A DNA stretch of 52,188 nt, the filler included, from Sphacelaria rigidula (lineage: Eukaryota), in assembly GCA_964200075.2 (NCBI GenBank). It is 4 parts of 4 records of this genome, joined end to end, with 100 filler letters (N's around TTAATTAATTAA, not from the genome) between each part and the next. Parts side by side here need not be neighbours in the genome. Positions count along the whole stretch, not along the records: positions 26,146 to 39,117 come from CAXNAA020003258.1; 3 more parts are not named here. One strand, 5' to 3'. Positions 26,146 through 36,655 of this stretch are shown piece after piece (positions within the stretch are counted from its first letter, which is position 1; the number at the start of each line of letters is the position of its first letter). Under the pieces are notes generated by a model. The model was given only the letters and a program-made list of their open reading frames with translations, made no database searches and was not told where the DNA came from. The translations under genes were made by a program, and so were the position numbers.

Positions 26146-27128
26146 ACCAAGCCAACCAACAAATGATCACCCCCCCCCCCCCATGAGTACACCCCCCCCC
26201 CCGCCTCAAAAGCATTGATGCACCTGGATTATCAGTCGGTGAAACTGTTCCGAAACGATCCTGGAGGTCAAAGGATTACAAGACCGTGACGGGTAATCAG
26301 TTTCTTCGAAGTTGAAGTAATTTCACCCTGTGTCAGGGTTCTTGAGATTTAATGGCGAAACGAAGGGGTTTGGGATAATGCAGGTTTTCCCGTTTTTGTG
26401 GGGATTAGGGGGGTAGAGCCCTTGCCCCGTTCGTCCTTGTCTCAGATCCGCTGAAGTGTAAAGGTCGCGGACCTTAATATGATACAAGGAAAAGCCCTAG
26501 AGTTAGTGTGGACGGAAAATACCCCCACAGAAGATGCAGTTCCCACACGGGGCTGTAGAGGAGCTGAAAACCCTTTTTCACAGTGGCATCGTCTCAAAGT
26601 GCGTCAGATACTCATTTTCTCGTAATCGTTGGTGGAATCGCCCAGCACTGGGTCAGGAGTTCTCGAGTGTAAGTCCAGACTTGCTCACCGTAACAAAAGC
26701 TCTCTTTCGCGAGAAGGTACGCGGGCCGCAACACCGTCAGAGGACCTGAAATAACTTCAGTAACTACCCTCTAATTCTAGGGGAGGCCGAGAACCCTCGG
26801 ACAAGGGGGTCCAGAGCGTGCTCGAAGCAGAAACTGTGCAGCAGTATTCACGACAGCTTGGCGATCATCGTTCATGGTTGAAAACTCTTGATTTTCGGTG
26901 TGAACGACAATATTCGTTTTTGTTCAGGTCTCACAGACCCACAGTCCCCACGGCCCTTCCAGCCTGCGCAGCCTGCGCAGCCTGCGCAGCATGGGTTTCA
27001 ACTCAAATTGACGTCTGTGGGCGCCGATTTGAGCCAAAACAGCGCATGCTCTGCAGAGCGCACTGTGTGTAAGTCCCCTTGACCGAGATTATCGGCCTGC
27101 CTGGTATTTGTGGCTTGGATAAGCGTTA

Positions 27129-27502
27129 GGCCGCATCTTTGCAAATTATTTTCCGATTGGAAACGTGCGGCGGAAAAGAATAATCCGATAGGACAGGTCG
27201 ACATCTCGTAAATGACGTAGACACGAAATATGACGACCTATCCTCATTTACCAGATCGGGTTTTTTTCTTTTCCGCAGCTCGTTTTCGATCGAAAAAGCA
27301 TTTCGTGAGGCCGTGTCTTGTAGTAGCACACTAGTTTTCGTTCGAAATTGTGCGGTGGAAAACAAGAATCTCGATCTGATGGATCGTGATTTCAACCATC
27401 TTCAAAATTTTCGAACGATGGTTGAAATTACAACCCATCATGTTAGGATTTTTGTTCCCCACCGCACATTTTCGATCAAAAAGTGATGTGCTGAGACACG
27501 CC
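27129..27502. repeat. Two adjacent palindromic units bounded by GGCCG(T)GTCTT-like ends
   Basis: TTTTCCGAT...GTGCGGCGGAAAAGAATAATCC pairs with GGGTTTTTTTCTTTTCCGCAG...TTTTCGATCGAAAA; the pattern repeats at 27335-27482. Homologous to 41437-41635. Confidence 0.6.
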
Positions 27503-27970
27503 TTGAGGCACCGCCTTCGCGTTAGCGTAATGTTTTCACAACAACAACGTGCGATCAACCGTGGATCTTTGCTGTCAAGTTCGCGCACATGTGCCTAAAA
27601 TCTTTCAATCGTTCATTGGCAGGGGCGTCGATGGACGCAGGGCGGTGGATTCAATGTGATTATGTTGGTAAAGTTCCAGAAATTGATTCACCCCAGTTCT
27701 CCACACTTTTCATGATCGAAACAGTTTGAAATATTGCGAGCCCGAACCCGAACCCGAGGCATATGTATATACCCTGTGTTCACAGAGAATCCTCTGGCAA
27801 GGGAGGTTCAAGCGGTGCCCTAGGCAAAGTGTGCGTTGGCCCAGCGCCGATTTGAAGTAACACAAGTTCTGCGCACGCCAGGAGCACTCGGGACTGTCAG
27901 CCCCACGGAAGATCAGAAGATCGGTGTTGATACTCAAAAATCAAGTAATTTCTAGCACGAACATGTTCAA

Positions 27971-28068
27971 CCCTTGGACAGCGAGGATAGTCCATGCGGA
28001 TCATGCATACTTTTTTCGAGAGAAAATTTTGCCGATTCAACAGATTACTTACACTCGCCCTCAAAGGG
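27971..28068. mobile_element. piggyBac-type MITE (~100 bp), degenerate TTAA flanks
   Basis: CCCTTGGACAGCGAG ... CTCGCCCTCAAAGGG, flanked by TCAA/TTGA; internal sequence shared with the 29128 and 31421 copies. Confidence 0.7.
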
Positions 28069-28209
28069 TTGAGACGAACTGGGGTAAACTCTGCTGGAGG
28101 TATTATAGAATGGTAAATAATAATAATATAGTGTCGGCACAGTTTTCACAGCTCTCTACATTTTATGGTTGAAAACCGCTTGATTTTAGTGCAGACGTGT
28201 ATATGCACA

Positions 28210-28455
28210 ATGGGCTGTGGGTTCGAATCTCCGTGCAGTCACACGATGTGATATTTGTTTTACACACAATGCCCAACAGTGGAGAGCGACGATGTCGTGG
28301 GTACACAAAATGCGACGTCACGGTCGACGAGGGAAAGGGATGGGATGCTGAATCCCTCCCGCGATGAAAAATAAGGCAAGCACCGCACAAGGAAGGTTAG
28401 ATTCAAGTACAAAACAATAAGGGAAAAAATCTTGTGTTGGTCTCCCTCCTTCTGT
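28210..28455 (+). mobile_element. tRNA-derived SINE copy (same family as 33757-34100)
   Basis: B-box GGTTCGAATC then ACAGTGGAGAGCGAC-ATGTCGTGGGTACACAAAA...CGGTCGACGAGGGAAAGGGA...AATAAGGCAAGCAC. Confidence 0.7.
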
Positions 28456-28680
28456 GTTCAGCTCTTTGCACGGCTCGTAGTCTGAGGGTTCCGCCCATTG
28501 CCCTTCGCAAGTGTACCGGCTAATTTGGCTCAAATCGAGGCTCGAGGACGTTCTATGTATGTATTCTGCTTGCCGGAAGGTCTTCGGTCGGCCTTTGACT
28601 GAGATTTGACGGCTTCGGTGGAGCTGGGTTTACCCCAGTTTGTATGTCAAAATCCGTAAATGACAAATGTTTTAGATAAC

Positions 28681-29123
28681 GCCAACCCTAGCCTTAACCT
28701 CGACCCAAGGTATACCAAGAATCATCTAGCGAAGGTAGGGCGAAAGGGGTCCAGAGGTTGCCCAAGGCAAAGTGTGCTATGGCAGACCTCATCTCTGCCC
28801 CCGCGACGCCGATTTGGACAAAAACGCGTTCTGCGCACGCGAGGAGCACCAAGGACTGTGAGTTCCACCAAAGTTCCGAATATTGATGTCCACACTAAAA
28901 TCAAGTAATATCAACTCACAGTGCTTCAGTGTGGACCCACCATACTTTGATCTTCACATGGCGCCTAATCCCAAGAGCTGGCCCAGAGTCTTCAGCACGC
29001 ATGTTGGCCTACATTAGGCGCCGACTCGAGCTCTGCCAACACATATGTCACCTATCGCACCTTCTGCACCCCCATTTGCCCAGTTGTTCCCCTTCTGCCT
29101 TGAGTTGAGGTTGGGGGTGGGTG
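28681..29123. repeat. Inverted pair of telomere-headed ~200-bp repeats
   Basis: Plus copy AACCCTAGCCTTAACCTCGACCCAAGG...GGCAAAGTGTGC...CGCCGATTTGG...GGAGCAC. Minus copy 28990-29123 ends CCTTGAGTTGAGGTTGGGGGTGGG. Confidence 0.55.
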
Positions 29124-29127
29124 TTAA

Positions 29128-29225
29128 CCCTTGGACTGTGAGGGTAGTCTGTCTGGACCATGCATTCTTTTTTCAAGTGAAATTGATGCCGATTCCACCC
29201 ATGACCAACTCTCGCTGTCTAAGGG
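29128..29225. mobile_element. piggyBac-type MITE with perfect TTAA target-site duplication
   Basis: TTAA|CCCTTGGACTGTGAGGG...CTCTCGCTGTCTAAGGG|TTAA. Confidence 0.85.
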
Positions 29226-30220
29226 TTAAAATCAGCCCGAGGGTCCCACCAAAACCAAAACATTTTTTCAACCATGGAATTATGAGGGACGGGCTCGCGT
29301 AAACTCAAGTCGCTGGTAGGCGGTGACCTCGAGCAAAAACAGAGTATACTCAACCAGCATCTGGAAGCATCAGTTTTTTCAAGATTCCAGACGTGGGACA
29401 GCTCGCTCATGAGCTACTACCCATATTAACTAATCGAGGGGGACTCTCGGATCCCTTATCCAAAAATACAAATTACATGACAACAGGCTCCGAGAAGCCA
29501 AAGCGCCACCTTTACGTTACTCCGGATGCTCGGGGTCCAGGACTGTAGGGAGAAATATGGATAAAGCGGCCACATGAGCTAGCTCGTGATCCCGATCAGT
29601 ACACTGATGAAAAGCAAAACTCAGGTAGCTCATGAGCTCTCCGACGTGTGGAAGATTCGAATGCCGATGTCGACACGGGAGACCAAGAGTCGTGCTACAG
29701 TCGTGGTGTACAAACAAATTCTGGGGTTTGAATGGTTAGGAGCTTTTTATCTCATCCGACAAACGACTGATGGAGTATTTAGGAGAGAGACACGATTTTG
29801 GTGCATTTCAATGAGCTCGGGATATCTCGAATGAAATTGAAAAGGGGAATTTACTGACCCATATTCTTGTGCAGTTCTTAATTGTGGGAGCCCCCTAATG
29901 AGGAACATTTGAGCCCGAATGTGCAGTCCCTACCGTGGCATGAGTCCCGAGTATATTTTCACCATGGATCTGTCAGTACGGGTCTCGGGGAATCCGTGAG
30001 GAAAACCTACCTCCAGATGACGTTTTTCCTTATTCTCTTGGCCCAGAGCATTCCTGTTTGCCTCACGCCCCGCCTTCCCCCATCTCTCCTTCACCCCACT
30101 TCTTTCCGTGGTATTTCTCATTGTCGACTATCGTCTTTTCATCGCCCGTGAATTTCACCGTGTTTCAAGTTTTGCATCCCGAGTTACTCTCATTTCGGAT
30201 GAACATTCAGGAGTGCAGCG

Positions 30221-30267
<47 letters not shown>

Positions 30268-31420
30268 TCCCCCCCCCCCCTTTGTAGGGATGCGAGGTCA
30301 ATGGTTTCATGACAATGGCATACAGTATCATGAGTACCTCCACCCCCTTCCCTCCGCTCTGATTTGACTGTGTCGAGCCCTCGAGCACGTGAGTCGCCTG
30401 TTCTGTGTTGTGGAAAGCTTTTACCCCGCTCGGTTTTCTCTCCGGGCAGAGTTTTCCCCGAACCGGCTCCTCAAATACATGGTTGAGTATACTCTGTTTT
30501 TGTCATGCTCAGAAGATACCCATACAACCCAATACTCAATGCAAAGCACACCAAGGACGAGAAGCTTCGGGCAAGCGGAGTGTAAAAGGTGCCCTGGAAA
30601 TAGTGTGCATTGGCAGAGTTCAGGCGCCGACCTGAGCCACAACGCATGCCGAGCACGGTGGGCTTTTGCTGTTTGGACTGAGAGCCCAATGAAGATCTAG
30701 ATATGATGATTCTCACCATAATCGATGATTTTTCAACGGTAACTGGGGTCGTTGATTCATCGATGTAATTTTGATTGTCGCACATGAACCAGGGGCTCAA
30801 CTGTGGTAATCACACAAAATTTAAGCGCACTCGAGGTACACAAAACGGAAAGAGCTCACTGGAGAAAAACGTATGAAAGCGGGAAGTACAAAAGGATGGA
30901 CCAACCAACCAGGAGTAAGAGTGAAAGACCACGGTCGAGTCTGGGGAAAATTCCACTGCCGTGTGTTGTTCTGCTCTGTTTCGTGCGGAGCCCTTGCAAA
31001 TCTTGATGACTGTACATTCGGTAGTCTCGGCAGCTTGCCAATCTGCTCAGCATCCGTACATGTATGTGTATAGGTGCCCCATAATAACTTGCAGGTTGCA
31101 AATCGTACAGATTCCCCATCCGAGAGTTAGTTGTCTGCAGATGACAAATTGCGCGGGTTTTGCTTTCGAAAACTTGACTACCGGTAGGCTCTGAAGAGTG
31201 AGACATGCCCTAGTTTTTGCCTCATCGGAGCCCCTTCTCAGCAAAAGGTTTCCTGAGGCGGTGTTTGTTGCCTGAGAAACCCCTATCTTCCCAAGGCACC
31301 TATAGGGAAGTATAAAATAACACAATTTAGAACTCTCTGCAACCAGGGGCTAGGGGGACACCCATACATCATAGTCCCTAGCCCTGGGGGTGTTCGGTAT
31401 GATGTAAGCCATCTAGTTAA

Positions 31421-31520
31421 CCCTTGGACAGCGAGAGTAGGTCGCCTGTTGAATCGGCATCAATTCCACTTGAAAAAGTATGCGTGATCCAGATGGACTA
31501 CCCTCTTCGCGGTCTAAGGG
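31421..31520. mobile_element. piggyBac-type MITE with perfect TTAA TSD (opposite orientation)
   Basis: TTAA|CCCTTGGACAGCGAGAG...TCGCGGTCTAAGGG|TTAA; interior is the reverse complement of the 29128 copy. Confidence 0.85.
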
Positions 31521-31924
31521 TTAAGGGATGTAGATTGCGAGGCAAAATGTCTTAAAGTTGCCTTAACCCCCAAAAAATCGCCTGAGGCGGGCCTTGTTGC
31601 GCATGCCTTAGCCACCTTCGGCATGAGTTATTTGTCAAGGCCTAGCTTCCCACGCGTGACTATCATACTGTGAAGTGTACGCGAATTCATGCTAGATTTT
31701 CATCGTCGAAAAATTCTCGATGTTTGTGTGGGTGATGAGATTCGGATCTTTGCCCCATCTCGTGAATGTGAAAATATATAAGTTGGAGTTTACTCAGCAG
31801 GCAGACGTACAATGCAGAGCGTAGATGCGGATAAAGATCCACGAAGAATGGACATGGTCTGAACTTTGCCATCCGAGGCCACCAAAAGAAATGTAATTAA
31901 TGGTTGGTACTATGGAGATGCGGC

Positions 31925-32437
31925 CAACCCTAACCCTAACCCTAATCCGACCAAGGACCCCGGGATAAGAGGGGTGCAGATTGTTTTCTAAGCGGAGAGT
32001 ACGTTATTGCCAGAGCTCAAATCTACACCGCAGGCGCCGACTATAGACCCAAACACGTTATGGACGAGCTGGATCTACTGCTCACCACTGCTCACCTGCC
32101 CCAAACCATGAATTGAAGTAAAAGCGAGTACCAACCGTTATTCACGGACGTTTCCTTCGGTCTACTGTTTCACCTTGCGTTCACCACTTGATCGATGGGA
32201 ACTTGCCCGGAATTTTATTACTTTTTTTAGTAACACCGATATTCGAATCTTTGGGACTGGCAGCACCAAGTGCTCCCAGCGTCCGCAAAACGCGTTTTTG
32301 TCAAAATTGGCGCGTGCGGTGTCGATGTAAGGTCTACCAACGCCACACTTTGCCTAGGGAACACTCTGCGTCTCCTCGCCCGAGGGTTCTCGGGCATGCC
32401 TTGCGTTGGGGTTGGGGTTGGGGTTGGAGTTTGCGTT
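31925..32437. repeat. Inverted pair of telomere-headed repeats; (AACCCT)3 at the left end, (GGGGTT)n at the right end
   Basis: AACCCTAACCCTAACCCTAATCC at 31926; GTTGGGGTTGGGGTTGGGGTTGG at 32405; homologous bodies point toward each other. Confidence 0.6.
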
Positions 32438-32875
32438 AATTCATGATCACATACTTGGGAGAAATTCCTTTCAAGAGTCAATCGACCAAGTGGTGAAAAT
32501 ATCGTACCTTGCCACCTCGCGTAAGATTTCTCCATCCTGGTGCCAGATACACGCCGCAAGCGAAAATAACGAAAAACGCAATCTGCTCTCATGGTCGACT
32601 ACACAAATTTTATCTCCTTCTCCCCCTCCCTCCCACTGCAAGCTCGAAAATATTTGTCCCCCACTGAGTGGGTTGAAGTGAAATGAAAGTGCTGCTCGTG
32701 CTGCTCAGCTGAGAACACTGAACGATTCTGTCCTGTACTGCAGGATATATTTGAATTTTATGGACAGCTGTCTTATTCTTCCCTCCAGCGACCAAAACGA
32801 CCATGTATATCCGGTTTTGTGATAACCCGAGTCGTACTTCACTGTAGTCTGGTTGCTAGCAGTTGCATGCGGTAA

Positions 32876-33365
32876 GGCCATTTTTTTATGCGAACAAATC
32901 CGTACTTGTACAAGTCTGAGCATTTCAGCCCGTCTACAGCCACACTATCCCGTGGATTTTTTTTTCCGGACCGCAGTCCGTTCGGCGATAGTTCTCGGCC
33001 AGCAGTGAGAAAACCAGATCGATCCTCTGACTCTCTGGACGTTGGCTTTTGGTGAGTTACTTTTTTGCTCAAGTCGAGACACTACGGAATATGTGTGCGC
33101 GAGGGATAGATTTGGGCCGCGAGATCTGTATTTTGTACACGCATATTCGGGAGTGCCTCGATTTTGAGCAGAAAGGTAAATTACCAAAAGTCAACGTCCA
33201 GAGAATCAGAAAATCAATCTGGTTTTCTCACGGCTAACCGAGAAGCCTTGCCGGACGGACTGGGGTCCGGAGAAAAAAATCCACGGGAGGAAATGGACTG
33301 TAGACGGGCTGAAACGCTCAGATTTGTATACGTACAATACAAACCTGTCCCCACAAAAAAAGGTC
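32876..33365. mobile_element. Foldback MITE, ~205-bp inverted arms
   Basis: TCTGAGCATTTCAGCCCGTCTACAG...GTGAGAAAACCAGAT...TCTCTGGACGTTGGCTTTTGGT is mirrored by ACCAAAAGTCAACGTCCAGAGA...ATCTGGTTTTCTCAC...CTGTAGACGGGCTGAAACGCTCAGA; ends GGCC/GGTC, flanks TAA/TGA. Confidence 0.85.
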
Positions 33366-33756
33366 TGACGATTCGTCTCGACCCACAAACCTCAGATCCC
33401 GCTACCTTCTGATCATCCACTTTTGATGGGCTGTGTACTCGAGTCCCCCGTGCTCCCAGAGTGTGAATTCTCGGTATGACTTGCTCGGAGTAGCAGTAGA
33501 GCTTTCCCTCTAAGCCCCCTCCCCAACCCGAGTTTCGGAATTCTCTTTTGGGAAGTACTTGGTTTCAGTCCGAACCATCATATTTGGGTCTTCATCGGAC
33601 TCCCAGTCCCAAGGGCAAGCCCAGCGAGCCCCGGTTGCGTTCTGGCTCAAAATGCTACCTGCGGCAACGATTAGAGCTGTGCCAACGAACAATGCCGTCA
33701 TAGCTCCCCCCCCAACCAGCCCCGAAACTTTCACGGAGAACATGGCCATGCAAACA

Positions 33757-34100
33757 GTGTGTTATCGTCCCATCTATTCTGGACGCCGGTCTACATCTTT
33801 CGGTATGTGTGGGCGCACCAGCCGGGGTCACACAGGAGGAAGGTCAACACAGCAGTTTTTTTCTTTTTGTTTTTTTTAGTACCCCTTCTCTCTGCAGTGC
33901 TTGCCTTATTCTTTATCGCGAGAGGGGTTCAGCAGTCCCTTTCCCTCGTCGACCGTTAACACGAGTTTTGTGTACCCACGACATAGTCGCTCTCCACTGT
34001 CGGGCATGATTTGAGAAAAAATCCCAGATCGCTCCGAGGTTTTGACCCACGACCCAGCCGTCAGGAGGTTTCGAGGTTACCAACTGAGCCACCGGGGCGA
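33757..34100 (-). mobile_element. tRNA-derived SINE, near full length
   Basis: Minus-strand head GCCCCGGTGGCTCAGTTGGTAAC (A-box) ... GGGTCAAAACC (degenerate B-box); body repeated at 28210-28455 and 51268-51480. Confidence 0.75.
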
Positions 34101-34584
34101 CAGTACGTGATGGCTGGTTTCAGACTGCATGAAGCGCCTCATGTGGGAGGCATTGGCGAAAACGATCCCAAGCGAACAAAGTTTCACCTGGTCAATGTGC
34201 TCGGCTTTTTTTATCTTCATTTGCACGTAAATTTTGCCTCCTTAAACCAGCCACTTTCCTGTTGGGGGCTATCGTCGTATTACTCCAATGCACACTTTTT
34301 GTTGGACACTGCCTGTATATCCCCCGTGCCCGAGAGTTCTCCGCCTGTGCTGTATCGGGGGGGTTGGGTTGGGGTGGCCTCAGGCCTGCCTTGTGCCGCG
34401 CAAAAAAAATAAATTTGAAGATACTCCTTCACCTGCTGGTTTTCGGGAAGATTTCGTCATCATCGGTTATGTGTTGCGCGATGTTTTCCTCTCGGAAAAA
34501 TTGACTGAGGTACACTTGAAAAAGTTCTCAACGATACCCCTTTTCTCGGATAATCATGTTGAGAAATTTCCTCCCGCATTTTAA

Positions 34585-35312
34585 CCTTTAGACAGTGATC
34601 CCCCCGCAGATGGACTGAGTTGGACTGTGTCACATTTGGGGCTCAGACATTCTTATTTCTCGCTACACAAAACGCATTTTTCATCAACATGTGGATATTT
34701 GTCACTATATCGAAAATAGTCCCGGAGAACCTCTGTCCAATTTTGACCCTTCAGTCAATTGCGCGTGCAGAGACGGTATGTACGTGTGCTGTATGCTGTA
34801 TGTCTTCACTGGATACAGCGGCAAAATACAGTAAAAGTGTGTCATCGCTCTCCACTGAACAAAATTTACTTCATGCTGCCAATGCCTCTGCCTAGTGCTC
34901 AATAACACTACAGACAATATAAAGCTATGCTGACAGGATATGAGGGGTCAGGCAGGCGGCGTAGACCACGAGCAGAGTACAAAACAAGTTATTTGTACCC
35001 ATGTAATTCATGGTTGATTTTCCATGACCAAAATGAGTCGTGGGGATAGACGGCGAATTAGTCCAATGTAATCCACCCGAACCGGAAGAACGTGCTCATT
35101 TCGACGACCGTGATTGGTCAGAATGGGCATCCCGCGCCTCTCGGACCTCGTGCACGGCTGATAATTTTCCGCGCAAAACTTCCAAACACACATGGTTGAC
35201 TTGGTGAGCTTTTCGGCTCCTCTGCGGACCCGTCAAAAACCACCCGCCCCCGGTCACTGGAAACCCCCGAATGTCTCCAGACTGTTGTGAGGCGACGCTC
35301 GCTGTCTTGGGG
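34585..35312. mobile_element. Longer non-autonomous piggyBac-type element
   Basis: TTAA|CCTTTAGACAGTGA ... TCGCTGTCTTGGGG|TTAA; ends resemble the 100-bp MITE TIRs. Confidence 0.6.
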
Positions 35313-35744
35313 TTAAACGGGATCAGAGTTTTTTTAGAAAAAACGATCGTGTCGAGCATGCCTCCATATGCACGCGGCGGTGTCTGTATATGTCTAAGGA
35401 GGAGCTCATGACAATTGGGTACGGGCCGTGATGCACCAGCTTCACGGCGAAACGGCCAGCGTGATGAATCGGATCGCGTTCAATGCAAAGCTTCAACTCC
35501 GTAAGAAGAAACGGTTTTCAAATGTATCTCGCTCGTGAAGAGTGTCTACAAGAACACAGTTTTTGTTCTCAAAGAAGTGCTGAATTCACGAAACTCCACA
35601 GTAAGCGACCTTAGAGTTTGAGAAGAACGAATTATGTTCCGTCATGAATCTATGGAGCCGGCTTGGGGAAAATGCAAAGATTGGGGCGCGAAAAATGCAG
35701 AATGTACCAACTTTTAAATGTGCGACTAAATGTGTATGTAGCAG

Positions 35745-36345
35745 TTTCGAGCTGAACCTGGGGATAGTCGTAATTTGTTTATAATTGACGATTTCAGTTT
35801 TTTTTTCGACTGCCACCGCTCGTTCAAGTGAATGTTGGATCCCAAGCTTTGGGGGTCCGGAGATACTCGGCTTCCGCTCCACATTTCGAAACAAGAATCA
35901 CGTATGCGCTCAATGTTGAACGACTTACGTTCTGAACGGTCCTCGTGGGTCCTACGACTACCCAACCCCAGGTTCTGACCCTTGGGTTTCTTTACTCGAT
36001 CGAAGCGATCCCGATCGTTATCGTGAGCAAATCTGCAGAACTGTTGTTTGGAGTTCCTATCTATTCATTGCGCGAGAGCCGAGAAGCTGTGTTTTTTTAA
36101 CCAAAAACGGTCAGTGATACCCCCTGTCGATTTTCGTAGTTGGGTATTTTTTTAATTTTCTCGTACAGTATTTTTCCTTAGCGCTCGAGAGTCCTAGCGT
36201 CGATACGCATTGGGAAAAGAAGCAGGTCGTGCTCGGGGCACAACCCTCAAGTTGGTTTTGTCGGGGTGATGCGGAGCAAATACCTTGTTTATCAGGGGGT
36301 GTTATCGACCGTCACTGTTCCAAAGAACGCATTTTTTCGGCTGCA

Positions 36346-36383
<38 letters not shown>

Positions 36384-36655
36384 TTTGTTCACGATAACGA
36401 TCGGGATGGTATCAATCTAGCAAAAGTACCCAAGGGTCAGAACCTGGTAGTCGGAGGGCCCTCGAGGACCGTTCAGCCCGGAAGTCGAGTGCAGGGATAA
36501 ATTTTGTATCAGAATATGGAGCGGGTGCCTAGCATCTCCCGATCCCCAAAGTGTGGGATCACACGTTCACTGGGATAAGCGATGGCACGCAGAAAACAAT
36601 TGAGAATCGCCTGCTACGAAAAAATTACAAAAACCCGCTGGTTCAGCTAAAAACC
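35745..36655. mobile_element. Large foldback element with central (TA)n
   Basis: CTGAACGGTCCTCG...CCAGGTTCTGACCCTTGGGT...ATCCCGATCGTTATCGTGA is mirrored by TCACGATAACGATCGGGAT...ACCCAAGGGTCAGAACCTGG...CGAGGACCGTTCAG; (TA)n at about 36346-36380. Confidence 0.8.

Noticed and set aside
30221-30280. Poly-Pro/poly-Gly ORFs
   Set aside because: Products of a poly-C tract of unreliable length.
31926-31948. True telomere
   Set aside because: Only three perfect units, internal to the contig and attached to a dispersed repeat.
33510-33749. 79-aa ORF with one hydrophobic segment
   Set aside because: Lies between repeats, abuts a SINE end, has no supporting exons or recognisable family.
34020-34100. 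tRNA gene
   Set aside because: A/B-box-like head without a convincing cloverleaf, and continuous with a repeated SINE body.
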